Assembly (NCBI RefSeq): GCF_018350175.1
Contig: NC_058368.1
Coordinates: 27,778,001-27,842,000 of the forward strand
DNA length: 64,000 nt
Reading direction: 5' to 3'
Origin: Felis catus
Lineage: Eukaryota
Made by a program: the position numbers and the translations under genes. Below, piece after piece: positions 12,747-23,282 of the stretch (the first letter of the stretch is position 1; every line of letters begins with the position of its first letter). The notes beneath the pieces were generated by a model that saw only the letters and a list, made by a program, of their open reading frames with translations, did not search any database and was not told the DNA's origin.

Positions 12747-12989
12747 GTAAGTGGGAGGCCATGCAGGGTTGCTGCCTGGTACTTTATAAAGAGGCATTTG
12801 GTGAATGAAGGCTAAGGGCACAGAGTGAGCTGTGTATAATAGATGGCTGGAACTAAAGGCAGATGGACCTGATCTGAAACTTAACTTCAGCTGTTGCTTC
12901 CTTGAGCTATAAAACAATGCTTGCACTTGGTTATCTACATTACGGGCACCTGGACTAAACACCACCCTTTGAAAAGCCTTTGATCTCAT

Positions 12990-14000
12990 CCAGTCATCCA
13001 TCCATTTATCTATCCTCCAAATTTTATGTTACATAAGGTTACGTAAGGTCTACCAAGTGCATACAGTTTCTGCCTGGAAGGACTGTAATTTGGGTGGACA
13101 GTTCATTGTATGGGCTGCCGTGGGTACTGCAGGATGTGAGCACAACATGCTAGAGGTGTCCCCCAGACATCAAGACATCCAGAAATACCTCACATGGGAA
13201 GCCAGCAGAATACCACTGCAGAAATTTGTATGCTGCATTGGAGATCTTGGACCTCATTCTTTGAGTGCTGAAGGCACTAAAAATTTTCAAACAGGGAAGG
13301 TTCAAGGTCAGGTTTGTATTTTAGTGGGGTCACACTGGTAACCATGTGAAGGATGGCTCTAAGGGAATGGAGAGGCAGAGAGGCCTCTGAGAGGCTCTGC
13401 GTTAGTCCAGGTAAGGAATGATAAAGACATGAAATAGGGCAGTGGATGGGAGGATGGAGATGAGAGCACAGGTCAGAGAACCGTTTAAAAGGTGAGTGGA
13501 AAGAGCCTATATGTCCATCAACTGACGGATGGATAAAGTAGATGTGGTTTATGTATACAATGGAATACTCCTTGGCAATGAGAAAGAATGAAACCTGGCC
13601 ATTTGCAGCAACGTGGATGGAACTGGAGGGTATTATGCTAAGTGAAATAAGTCAGTCAGGGAAAGACAGATACCGTATGTTTTCACTCGTATGTGGATCT
13701 TGAGAAACTTAACAGAAGACCATGGGGGAGGGGAAGGGGGAAAAAAAGTTGGAGGGAGGCAAACCATAAGAGACTCCTAAGGACTGAGAACCAACTAAGG
13801 GGAGATAGGGGCTGGGGGAGAGGGGAAAGTGGGTGATGGGCATTGAGGAGGGCACCTGTTGGGTGAGCGCTGGGTGTTGAATGGAAACCAATTTGACAAT
13901 GAATTATATTAAAAAAAATAAAAGGTGAAGTTGGCAGGGCCTTGGTTATTGACTGATTAACTGGGGACAACAAAGTAAGTATAATTCAGGATGCCTCTGG
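12990..14000 (-). mobile_element. L2 remnant hosting an L1 insertion
   Basis: catccatccatttatc reverse L2 end and L2-like body (gtccaggtaaggaatgat...). Confidence 0.55.
13496..13918 (+). mobile_element. 5'-truncated felid L1 3' end
   Basis: TWMELEGIMLSEISQ-encoding DNA, G-rich 3' UTR and A tail; TSD taaaaggtga (13486-13495 and 13919-13928) at a TT/AAAA site. Confidence 0.9.
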
Positions 14001-15489
14001 AAATGGTTGTAGTTGAAAGAAAGGATGGGTTTAAGTTTTTAAAAATGTGCGCTTTAGTGACCATGATTTAAAATGTCGAGAAGCTATTATGACACTCCTT
14101 GGGATAAGTTCATTGTACTCTTACTTACAAATGTTTAAATGTTCCTCCCCCCACCCTCGTCCCCCGCTTCTAAGGTGGTGCTCCAAAGTCTAAGATTTGC
14201 CACGGGTCCTGTCACATCTGTCCTCTCTCCTCTCACTGCAGGGCATGAAAGGACAGACTTGAAAACTGTAGGTAGAGAGCTAAATCCTGTGTAGGGACAG
14301 TCCTTGACGTCTGTCCAGATACCCTGTGGCCGTGAGGGAGGGAGAGAAGATAGGAATTGGATAACTTTATCAACTGGGTGCTTGGCTGCCAGGATGGTCT
14401 TGACCCTGTTTGAAGGCTTCCCGAATCCTACGAAACACCCGGCAGAATTGTGTGTACCTGGCCTATTGATTTTGGTTTGTTTCTTCAAGTTAACAAGATC
14501 ATCCTGAATTTTAATATTGTTGTCCATGACATGAGTAATGTCTCCCAGGACTGCGTTTTCTGTGGATTGATTAGTGCATTAGTCACAAGATCCTCAGAGC
14601 TATTAATAGAAAATATGGAGCAGCATTGGACCCAGGATGATTCTTTATGAACTGCATTCAATAGCTGCTCCCATTTCGACAGCAAACTATTAATAATTTG
14701 TTGGTGTTCAATATATTTAAGTGACTTTTTTTTTTTTTTTACCAATATTCTACTCTTCTTCTGTCTAATCCATCTGCGTAGAATTCCTCTGAGAATGCTT
14801 TGCAGAACCATTTCTAATGCTTTAGGAATGACACGCCTTTACAGTGCACTTTTGTAACATGGAAGGAAGACACCTGTAGTTTGCCTTAACTGTGGTCAAT
14901 GTATAGAATGTCAGCGCTGTGTGACCCCCATTTCTATGGGGGTGTGATAAGCTACAAGCTTTCAAGTTTTTTAAAAAAAATTTAATTCTCACATAATGTA
15001 CCTTTGCAGAGAAAGTTGTTCTTATTACATTTATTTACGTGTGGCTCTTCCATGGGCAGCTGGGAATTTAATACATACTCTATAATTACATCAGTGGAAA
15101 AGACGACAAGAATATTCCTTTAAGCGATACGTAAGAGAACTTCAGACCAAAGATACTTACAGTGTTTACTTACACGTGGGTTGATACAGTTCTCTGTACC
15201 GTGTGTGTGCCTGTGAGAAGTGCCAGAAAATATGCCGCCTTCCTCAATCATAATCATTGAATATTTCTGGTTGTACACTAAATGGTTTCCAGTCTGCTTT
15301 GTTGCCTCTTGCCGCCTCCTCTACAGCGAATAGTCGTTTAAAAACATCTCATCCGGTTGTTCCACTGCCCGTGGCTCCCTGTATCTTCAAGGATAAAGTC
15401 AGAATGCCTTAGCTTGAGCACAGAGCCCTTTCTGCTCTCTGCCTTCCTCCCTTCCCTCACGACTCCTTTCTGTACGTAGAATCTAGGTC

Positions 15490-15658
15490 TTGGCTACTCT
15501 AAGTAGGGTCTATGGACCAGTAGCGTGGGCCTCACCCGGGAGCCTCGAAGGGTGTAGATGAAGCTCAGGCGCCACTCCAGTCCTGAATCTGAAGCTGAAT
15601 TTTAACACGGTCTGTGGCGACTTGTGCACACATTAATGTCTGCGGAGCGCTGCTCTAT
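15490..15658. mobile_element. MER5A-like DNA transposon
   Basis: ggaccagtagc..ctcacccgggagc..ctcaggcgccactccag..ctgaatctga..ttttaaca..gcacacattaa. Confidence 0.7.
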
Positions 15659-15826
15659 AGCTTGTGCCTTTCCAGCCATTTCCTCTCACTTCTGCTTGGA
15701 ACTCCTCGTGCAGATGGTTTAATTTTTATCCACGTGCCACATGTTTTTTCAAAAAAAGCCAACACTTGAAGGCCTGTGTCCCTTGCACTCCTTTAATCTC
15801 ACTCCCGCTCCCAGTATTTTAAACTC

Positions 15827-16538
15827 TGTGTATTAATTTCCCCTTGCTTATAAAATAAGGCCTGGCGATGTAATGCACAGCCTGTGGCCACAGTTAACAA
15901 TACCGTACTGCGTATTTGGAAGTTGCTAAGAGAGATCTTAAAAGGTCCGTCACGAGAAAAACACTTTTGTAACTACGTGTGGTGACGGATACTAACTAGA
16001 CTTATTGCCGTGATCATTTTGCAGCACACACGAACGTTGAATCATTATGTTGCACACCTGAAACTAATATAATGTCATGTCAGTTATGGCTCAATAAAAA
16101 AAGTTTCCGTCGCTGGTGTAACAAATTGCTAAGGACTTAGTGGCTCGACACAGCACAGATGTATTGTCTTACAGATCTGGAGGTCAGAAGTCAGGAATGA
16201 GTATGAAGGGGGTAAAATCAAGGTGTCAGCAAGGCTGGCTTCTTCTGGAGACTCCAGAGAGGAACCTGTCCCTTGCCTCTCCTAGCTCTCCTTGGCTGCG
16301 GGCACTCTCGCCCCCCTGGCATGTGGCTGCGTCCAACCTCTGCCCTCCACCTCATGCCGCCTTCTTCCTGCTCTTTGGCTTTCTTGTCTTCCTCTTGCAA
16401 GGACCCTTGTGATTCCACCCGGATCATCCAGGGTCCTTTTCCATCTCAGAATCCTCAATTTCTGCAAGGTGACGTTCACAGCTTCCAGGGATTGGGAAGT
16501 GGGCATCTTTTGGGGGGGCCATTATTCCTCCCACCACA
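15827..16538. mobile_element. MLT1 (MLT1C/D-like) LTR with an L1 3' end inserted near its edge
   Basis: tgtaacaaattgc..cttagtggct..acagatctggaggtcagaagtc..gggggggccattatt. Confidence 0.75.
15853..16102 (+). mobile_element. Older L1 (L1MA9/L1_Carn-like) 3' end
   Basis: cacctgaaactaatataatgtcatgtcagttat..caataaaaaaa. Confidence 0.8.
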
Positions 16539-17007
16539 CTCGCCTAAGCAGTTTCTTTGTTATGTGGATCCACGTACCTTTCAATGTAGGTGTTGCTGTT
16601 GCTTGGCTAACCAAGTTCAGATCTTGTTAATGTATCCCTTCCCCTCCATTCCCCTAATTATTCAGTATTTCAGGCTTTCTCTTACTGTAATGACTACATA
16701 AATTTTTTTCTCACTGCCAAGCCAGTTAGTATACTTCACAGTTTCTTTCTGTTAGGACTTCTTAAAATTTTTGCTTTAACATTTGCTTGGTTTCCTCTGA
16801 ACGTTTGACTGGCTTCCTTCAGATTTTGTGACCGTTCCACAAAGTGTCTCTGGTGCAGATTTCCATACAGTTTTCCGTTTTGTGTCTGTCAGGTAACTTG
16901 TCAGTTTCGGATTTCTTTCCCTTCTGGAAACATCCCTCTTCTGCCTTAACCTGGCTGGTGGTTCATTTGGCCTCCTACACAGCGGTTGTTCTGGGACTTT
17001 GCTTTCA

Positions 17008-17177
17008 CAGTATGGTTCTCAACCTCCTCTTCACATCGGAATCATCTGGGGGACTTTAAAATTCACTGATGACTGGGTCGTACCCCCAGAGATCCTGCTG
17101 TATTGTGGCCTGGGCTTCAGGGCTTTTAAAGCTCCCCCGGTAATTCTAATGTGCAGCCCAGGATGAGAATCATTGTT
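17008..17177. mobile_element. MER5A-like DNA transposon
   Basis: cagtatggttctcaac..gaatcatctggggga..aagctccccc..ttctaatgtgcagcc..gagaatcattg. Confidence 0.75.
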
Positions 17178-17797
17178 TTAAAGTCATCTGGGGAATTGTT
17201 CTTACTGCTTTCCTGTGTTGGGTCCCCTGATTTCTAGGCCTCCTGTCTTCTATTTTCTTGTTTTATTTCCTTGTTTTGGTGGAGCATATTATTTAGTAGC
17301 TTCCCAGGAGAAGATGTATGGTCAGGTCATTGCATATCTGAAGGTATCTTTATTCAGCCCACACACTTAGCTTGTAATTTGCTGGTAAGTAATCCAAATT
17401 GGGAATCATTTTCCTTCAGAATTTTGAAGGCCTTTCTATTCTACTTTTGAGTATTTGTTCTTGAGCAATCCAAGGCCCTCTGAATTTCAGTCCTTATATA
17501 TAAGGGCTTTTCCTTGCTTCCCCTGGAAATGTTTTAGTATCTTCTTCTTTTTTCCGGTATTCTGTAATTTCATAATGATATGCCTTGGTATGAGGGTCAT
17601 TAATATTCCTTTTCAGTCTGGAAACTCATTTCTAGTTCTAGGTGATTTTCTTGTGTTATTTCTTTGATTTATTTCTCTTCATTTTCTCTAAGGAATTCTT
17701 ACTGAAATCCTAGGCCTCCTGGATTTATCTTCATTTTTGTGAAAAAAAAATTTTTCTCCTTTAATTTATCTCTGACATTTTTTTCTACTTCTTGGCA

Positions 17798-18607
17798 TAT
17801 TGGGTTAGAAAAAAAAAACCCAGTCCTTTCCCCACTGAGTGTCTCCTTTCCTCTCACGTGACTACCACATGCACACTTCTGACAACAGATGTGGGGCGAC
17901 TTGCTTTACCCCGAGTAATTCTGTGACACCAGCTGGGGATCCTACAATTTAATTCAGTTCTGACACTGTCTATCTGGAGGTTCCCAAGGTAAAGGCACCC
18001 ACAACCCTGCCCTCCCTTTAAGATGCCAAATTGCACGTAGTAGGTCCCCAGGTTACCCACAACTTCTGTCTAATATGGCTACAAGTTGGGGGTTCCCATG
18101 ACCCCCTCCTGGGTTCCATTAATTTGCTAGAGTGACTCACAGAACTTGGGGAAACTTTTACATTTACCAGTTTACTAGAGGATATGATAAAGGATACAAA
18201 TGAACAGCAAGATGAAGAGATACCTAGAGCAAGGTCTGGAGTGTCCTGAATGCAGGCGCTTCTGTCCCTGTGAGTTGGGATATGGTGACCCTTGAAGTGT
18301 GAATGTATTCACTTACCTGGAAATTCCCCACCCTCAAGTACTTTTGGGATTTTGTGAAGGCTTCTTCACACAGGCAAGATCAATTATTAACTCCATATCC
18401 ATCCCCTTTCCCCTCTCTGGAGGATTGGAGGGGATGGTTGGATCTGGAAATTCCAAGCTTCTAATTGTGGCTTAGTCTTTCTGGTAACCAGTCCCCATTC
18501 AGGAGCCCACCCAGTGAGCCTCATTCGAACAAAAGATGCTCCTACTGCCCTGATGGCTTAGGAAATCACAAAAGTTTGAGGAGCTATGTTCCAGGAACTG
18601 GGGTGGA

Positions 18608-18650
<43 letters not shown>

Positions 18651-18682
18651 ATACATGTATATTTTTTTCTGTTTTCTCACAC
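17798..18682 (-). mobile_element. MER21-like solo LTR with internal (TG)n
   Basis: gacaccagctggg..tcctacaatttaattcagttctgacact and terminal ggagctatgttccaggaactgggg...ctcaca, characteristic of the MER21 group. Confidence 0.7.
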
Positions 18683-19321
18683 ATTTTCTTGAGTATCTCC
18701 TAAATATTTTACTGGTCACATTTTTGTGACGGGAGGGAAGATCTTTTGATTTTCCAAGAACTTCTTTTTTCTCTGTTGCTTCGTAAAAAATAGCAACCTG
18801 TTTTTGTTTCATGGATGCAATGTCCCCTTCTAGCTCTCGGAAGGAACCGTGCAGGGAGCAGAAGACGACTTCAGAGAAGGGGGCCCAGAGGCTCACCACT
18901 TAGTATGCAGCATTTTATACAGGCCTTTCATTCTCAACCTGGGTTTAACCACTGTGACCTTCTGTGCTAGGTGTGTCCGATTTAGTTTATCCAGAGAATA
19001 CACTTCTGATTTACTGTCTGGGTTGGGAGAATTAGCGCCTGAATTCTCAGGGTGGGAGCTGGCGTAGGTACTTTCCTATCATCCATCTGTCATAGCTGTT
19101 ACATGCATGTCTGGGGCCCTCATGTTGCTCTGTGGAGAATATTGGCTTCTTGTGGGTATCCTACATCCCTACCAGAACACCTTCTGTTTTGCTCTTTTCC
19201 TCTTAGTCACTTACCATTTCTTCATCTACTTTGTCTTCATAGATTTTTGTCTGAGAATGCAGATGTCTCTTGGTTTCTGAATGTAGAGCTTGTTTCATTT
19301 TCTCTTCTGTTTAGCATCATT

Positions 19322-19509
19322 AAAAAATTTTTTTTAATGTTTATTTTTGAGAAGGGGGGCAGAGAGAGGGAGAAACAGAATCTGAAGTAGGTTCCAGGCT
19401 CTAAGCTGTCAGCACAGAGCCCAACGCAGGGCTTGAACTCACGAACTGTGAGATCATGATGACCTGAGCTGAAGTCAGACGCTTAACCGACTGAGCCACC
19501 CAGGTGCCC
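19322..19509 (-). mobile_element. CAN-SINE
   Basis: Consensus-like; degenerate TSD tttagcat.att. Confidence 0.9.
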
Positions 19510-19588
19510 TAAATTTAGCATAATTTTTGAGAGAAGGATGGTGCAGAAACATTTTTACTCCACCGTCTTGAAGTGGGGACTTAATGTT

Positions 19589-19996
19589 TGTCAGGGATTG
19601 ATCTGTGATCTCCCAGGCCATCTCAGAATTCATATGTTGAAGTCCTAACCCTCACTACCTCAGAATGTGACCTTTCTAGGAGATTGGGTCTTTATAGAGG
19701 TAATCAACCTCTAATGAGGTCATTAGAAGGGGGCTGTAATCCAACAGGAAAGATGTCTTTATAAAAAGGGGAAATTTGGGACAGAGGGAAGATGATGTGA
19801 AGATACAGGGAGAAGGTGGCCATCTACATGCCAAGGAGAGAGGCTAGACCCTTTCCTCACAGCCCTCAGCAGGAACCAACAGCACAGATACCTTGATTTT
19901 GGACTCCAAGCCTCTAGAACTGCAAGACGATAAATTTCTGTTTTTTAAGCCTCCTGGACTGTGGTACTTCACGGCAACTCTTAACAAACTACTGCA
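19589..19996 (+). mobile_element. MLT1B-like MaLR LTR
   Basis: aattcatatgttgaagtcctaaccc..cctcagaatgtgacc..aatgaggtcattag..ataaatttctgttttttaagcc. Confidence 0.85.
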
Positions 19997-20019
19997 ATGC
20001 TATTTTTCCTTTGTTCACA

Positions 20020-20024
<5 letters not shown>

Positions 20025-20051
<27 letters not shown>
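20025..20051 (+). repeat. C27 homopolymer
   Basis: Direct count. Confidence 0.9.
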
Positions 20052-20526
20052 GCTTAGTCTGTTTCCTATTCACTCTTTAAAACATAACTCAGTGTCACCC
20101 ACTTTGAGGAGGTGTTCTTGATCCAGTTTAATTAAATGTCCTTTTTAGCTTCTTCTGTCATAATACCCATCACGCTGTGTTTCAATCCTCAGTCCTGGCA
20201 TCAGGCTTCCACACTAGGCTATTAGTGACTTGCTGTCTGACAGATCATGTCTTATGACAGTGCCTGCACATAGAGGCTTAAATGTTACTTGTTGACTGGA
20301 CGTATTATAAGCATAGCTTTGGGGGTAAAGCAAGTAAAAACGTGTATTTTAATTGAATAACAAAAATTTAGTATTAGTATTATACTAATACTTAGTGATA
20401 GTGAATACAATGTTTTCAGTACAGTAATACTTCGTGTACGTGAACACAATGACAGAAATTTCTGGGATTTAGAACTGAGAAAAATAGTGATCAAAGGTTT
20501 TTTTCCTCCCTGTTATTTTTGAACAG

Positions 20527-20559
20527 AAACTTCCTGTCCTGCCTGGGAATCCTACCTCG
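20527..20559 (+). CDS. EPSTI1: EPSTI1 33-nt alternative cassette exon: KLPVLPGNPTS
   Basis: Acceptor ttttttctccctgttatttttgaacag, donor TCG|gtaagc, phase 0/0. Resembles the recalled human 11-aa alternative segment KLPILPRDHSW at the same position. Confidence 0.8.
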
Positions 20560-20715
20560 GTAAGCCTTAAGATAGCAAGTAACTTTGAACTCTTCATAGT
20601 TGATGTGCCATGTGACTGCCCTTTTAAATGACATTTTGTGTCTAATCCCTCCTTTTTTCCTTCTGAGTCAAAAACTAGCACCCATATTCTGATAAAAGAC
20701 CAATTAAGTGTTAAA

Positions 20716-20942
20716 TTTAATTTTTTGTTTTTAATTTTTTCATTCATTTCGTTTATCCATTTTTGAGAGACAGAGGGCGAGCAGGGGAGGGTCAGAGAAA
20801 GAGGGAGACACAGAATCTGAAGCAGGCTCCAGGCTCCGAGCTGTCAGCACAGAGCCTGACACAGGGCTCGAACCCGCGAACTGTGAGATCATGACCTGAG
20901 CGGAAATCAGATGCTCAACTGACTGAGCCACCCAGGGGTCCC
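20716..20942 (-). mobile_element. CAN-SINE
   Basis: Consensus-like; head-to-head with the next SINE. Confidence 0.9.
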
Positions 20943-20976
20943 TAAGTGGTTAACTTTAAAAGGAAGGTATGCAATT

Positions 20977-21202
20977 GGGGCGCCTGGGTGGCGCAGTCGG
21001 TTGAGCGTCCGACTTCAGCCAGGTCACGATCTCGCGGTCCGTGAGTTCGAGCCCCGCGTCAGGCTCTGGGCTGATGGCTCGGAGCCTGGAGCCTGTTTCC
21101 GATTCTGTGTCTCCCTCTCTCTCTGCCCCTCCCCCGTCCATGCTCTGTCTCTCTCTGTCCCAAAAATAAATAAACGTTGAAAAAAAAAATTAAAAAAAAA
21201 AA
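20977..21202 (+). mobile_element. CAN-SINE (young type)
   Basis: 17-bp TSD aaaaggaaggtatgcaa on both sides; CpGs retained. Confidence 0.95.
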
Positions 21203-22283
21203 AAAAGGAAGGTATGCAAATAGAATTTAGGTTCTCACCCAAGCCATCACATCTGCTTTCACCAAGTATTTTACTACTGCTTTTAATCTCTTGAGCAGAA
21301 GTTGTGTCCCCTGGTCCATTTTCCTCTTTGAGGTCGTATATGGAGTATTTGTGGCAAAGACTAGCTTTCTCTAGTGTAAAGCGAAGAAGTCACTGGAGAA
21401 CCACTCTCCGCTTTCAGTGTCTTATCACAGTCCTCCTGTGTTTAGGACTTAGATAAGAGAAAATCCGAGGATATGTTTGTCTGTCCCATGAAGCAGGGTT
21501 TGAATGTGTGAGGACTTTCTGAACACAGCTGGAGTTCCAACATTCCAGTTGGTGGTGCTGTAGATGATCCCATTCCGAAAGCCTCCACTCTTTCTGGCAA
21601 GTGCCTATTATTTGATGGAATATGGGTTTTTACAGTGACATAAATGGGGGAATGAATTAAGAAGTGCTTGAGAAAAATTATAGTAAGGAAAAAGGCGGGA
21701 ACCAGCCTTCATAAGCTTTATGGATTATTAGTGTGAAGAACTAGGCCTGAAATATGTGGTCTGCTGCCATGATGCCTGCTGGTAGTTTTATGACAACAGT
21801 GGAATTTCCTACGTATTAGCTTATCAGGCTGCCCGCAGAGGGTGGGCTACAAATCACTGTGAGCAGAGAAAGCATATGACAAATGAACAGACAAACTACT
21901 TGGAATCTCATAAATTCCAGAATGCATGGTCACTTTGCCAGTGTGTGAAACCCCGCCATGGTGGGTCAGTGGGGCTGAAGGACACCTTACGGCGTGTACT
22001 GGTCCTCCTAAGACCGCCCCTTGAGACTCTAGTTCAGCCAGAAGTAATGACTCCTGTGTTCCTGAACAGCCTTTGTTTTTCTTCTCAGAAATAAAAATAA
22101 GCTTCAGGTACTGCTTAGGGAGGCACGGACTTGGAAAGAAATGCATCTCTGGAATTCTACGGTATCAGTCACCAGTTGACAAGCTATTTAATAGGGTACC
22201 ATTAATGAGCAGTAGGCCTGTCAGTGATTCTAAAGTCACTGTCTCTATTGCTTATCTCTGATATTAACTGATCAGCTACTTGC

Positions 22284-22344
22284 AATATATATACATATAT
22301 ATATATATACACATATATTATATATATATTATACACATATATAT

Positions 22345-22380
<36 letters not shown>
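22284..22380. repeat. Compound (TA)n/(CA)n microsatellite
   Basis: Seen directly. Confidence 0.9.
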
Positions 22381-22539
22381 GAAGAATATAGCTTTGCTGG
22401 GCAAGGCCCACCTTCCAGAATCTACATGTGTGAGGCATTGTTTGAGTTCTCTATATGTTGGATGCAGCAGCATTTTAGCTGAGCAGCAAAGCAGTACGAA
22501 GGGCTGAAGGAAGGACGTTCCAGGCAAGGATGAGAACAG

Positions 22540-22715
22540 TGGATTTGGGGCTTCAGCGTCAGATAAACAGGAGTTTTAGATCCATCTTCGCCTCATGATC
22601 TTGTCAAGTTATTTCACGTATCCAAGTCCATTTCCTTATTCACAACATGAGGATAATATCTACTTCATAGAATTTAAAGGTTAAATAAAATAATAGAAAT
22701 AAAATGCCTGGCAGT
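22540..22715 (+). mobile_element. MIR SINE remnant
   Basis: tgatcttgtcaagttatttc..tttccttatt..atgaggataatatctacttcatag core. Confidence 0.6.
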
Positions 22716-23026
22716 TTAATGCATTGGCACTGCCGTAAGTGATGTGAAGTCTCCTCTTCCTTGGTTAGCTTATTCTGAGTCCAGTTGGATCTCTGTGCTC
22801 TCTCCTTACCAGAGTCTAGTTAGAATTGTTGCCAGTTAGCTGGAATATCCTTGAAAAACATATTTAACTTTCCTCTGTTTCAATCCTTATCACTAGAAGA
22901 ATAAACCATGTTGATTATCTCTGAGGGGACATTTTTTTTAAGCTTAATTAAACAAACATTTAGATCATCCTTTAAAATGTGCTGGATGATTATGCTTATA
23001 CTAGCCTTCTTTTTATATATCCCCAG

Positions 23027-23059
23027 GGACATCGTCAGACGATATGCATAAATCACTCA
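23027..23059 (+). CDS. Candidate additional 33-nt in-frame cassette exon: GHRQTICINHS
   Basis: Acceptor ccttctttttatatatccccag, donor TCA|gtaagc, no stop in the EPSTI1 frame, 139 nt upstream of the next exon. No transcript evidence available. Confidence 0.3.
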
Positions 23060-23198
23060 GTAAGCAAGTGTGTACGGAGAGCTTAGTGTATGCTTAGTAC
23101 AGAGGTTGAGTTATTAGAACCAGTCCCATGGTAGGGAGACTAGTAAATTTTGGTGGTGATGTTTTTTTCCTATGATTTTTTTTCCTATACATTCACAG

Positions 23199-23282
23199 GC
23201 CAGAAGCTGGGCTTACAAGGATTCTCTAAAGGAAGAAGAAAATAAGAAATTGCAAAAGATGAAGGAGGAACAACGTCAGAAG
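23199..23282 (+). CDS. EPSTI1: EPSTI1 coding exon (84 nt, phase 0/0): ARSWAYKDSLKEEENKKLQKMKEEQRQK
   Basis: Acceptor ttttttcctatacattcacag, donor AAG|gtagtc. Matches recalled human ARSWAYRDSLKAEENRKLQKMKDEQHQK. Confidence 0.95.

Noticed and set aside
12567..12815. 82-aa ORF as a standalone gene
   Set aside because: It is the EPSTI1 exon 12653-12746 plus in-frame intronic flanks.
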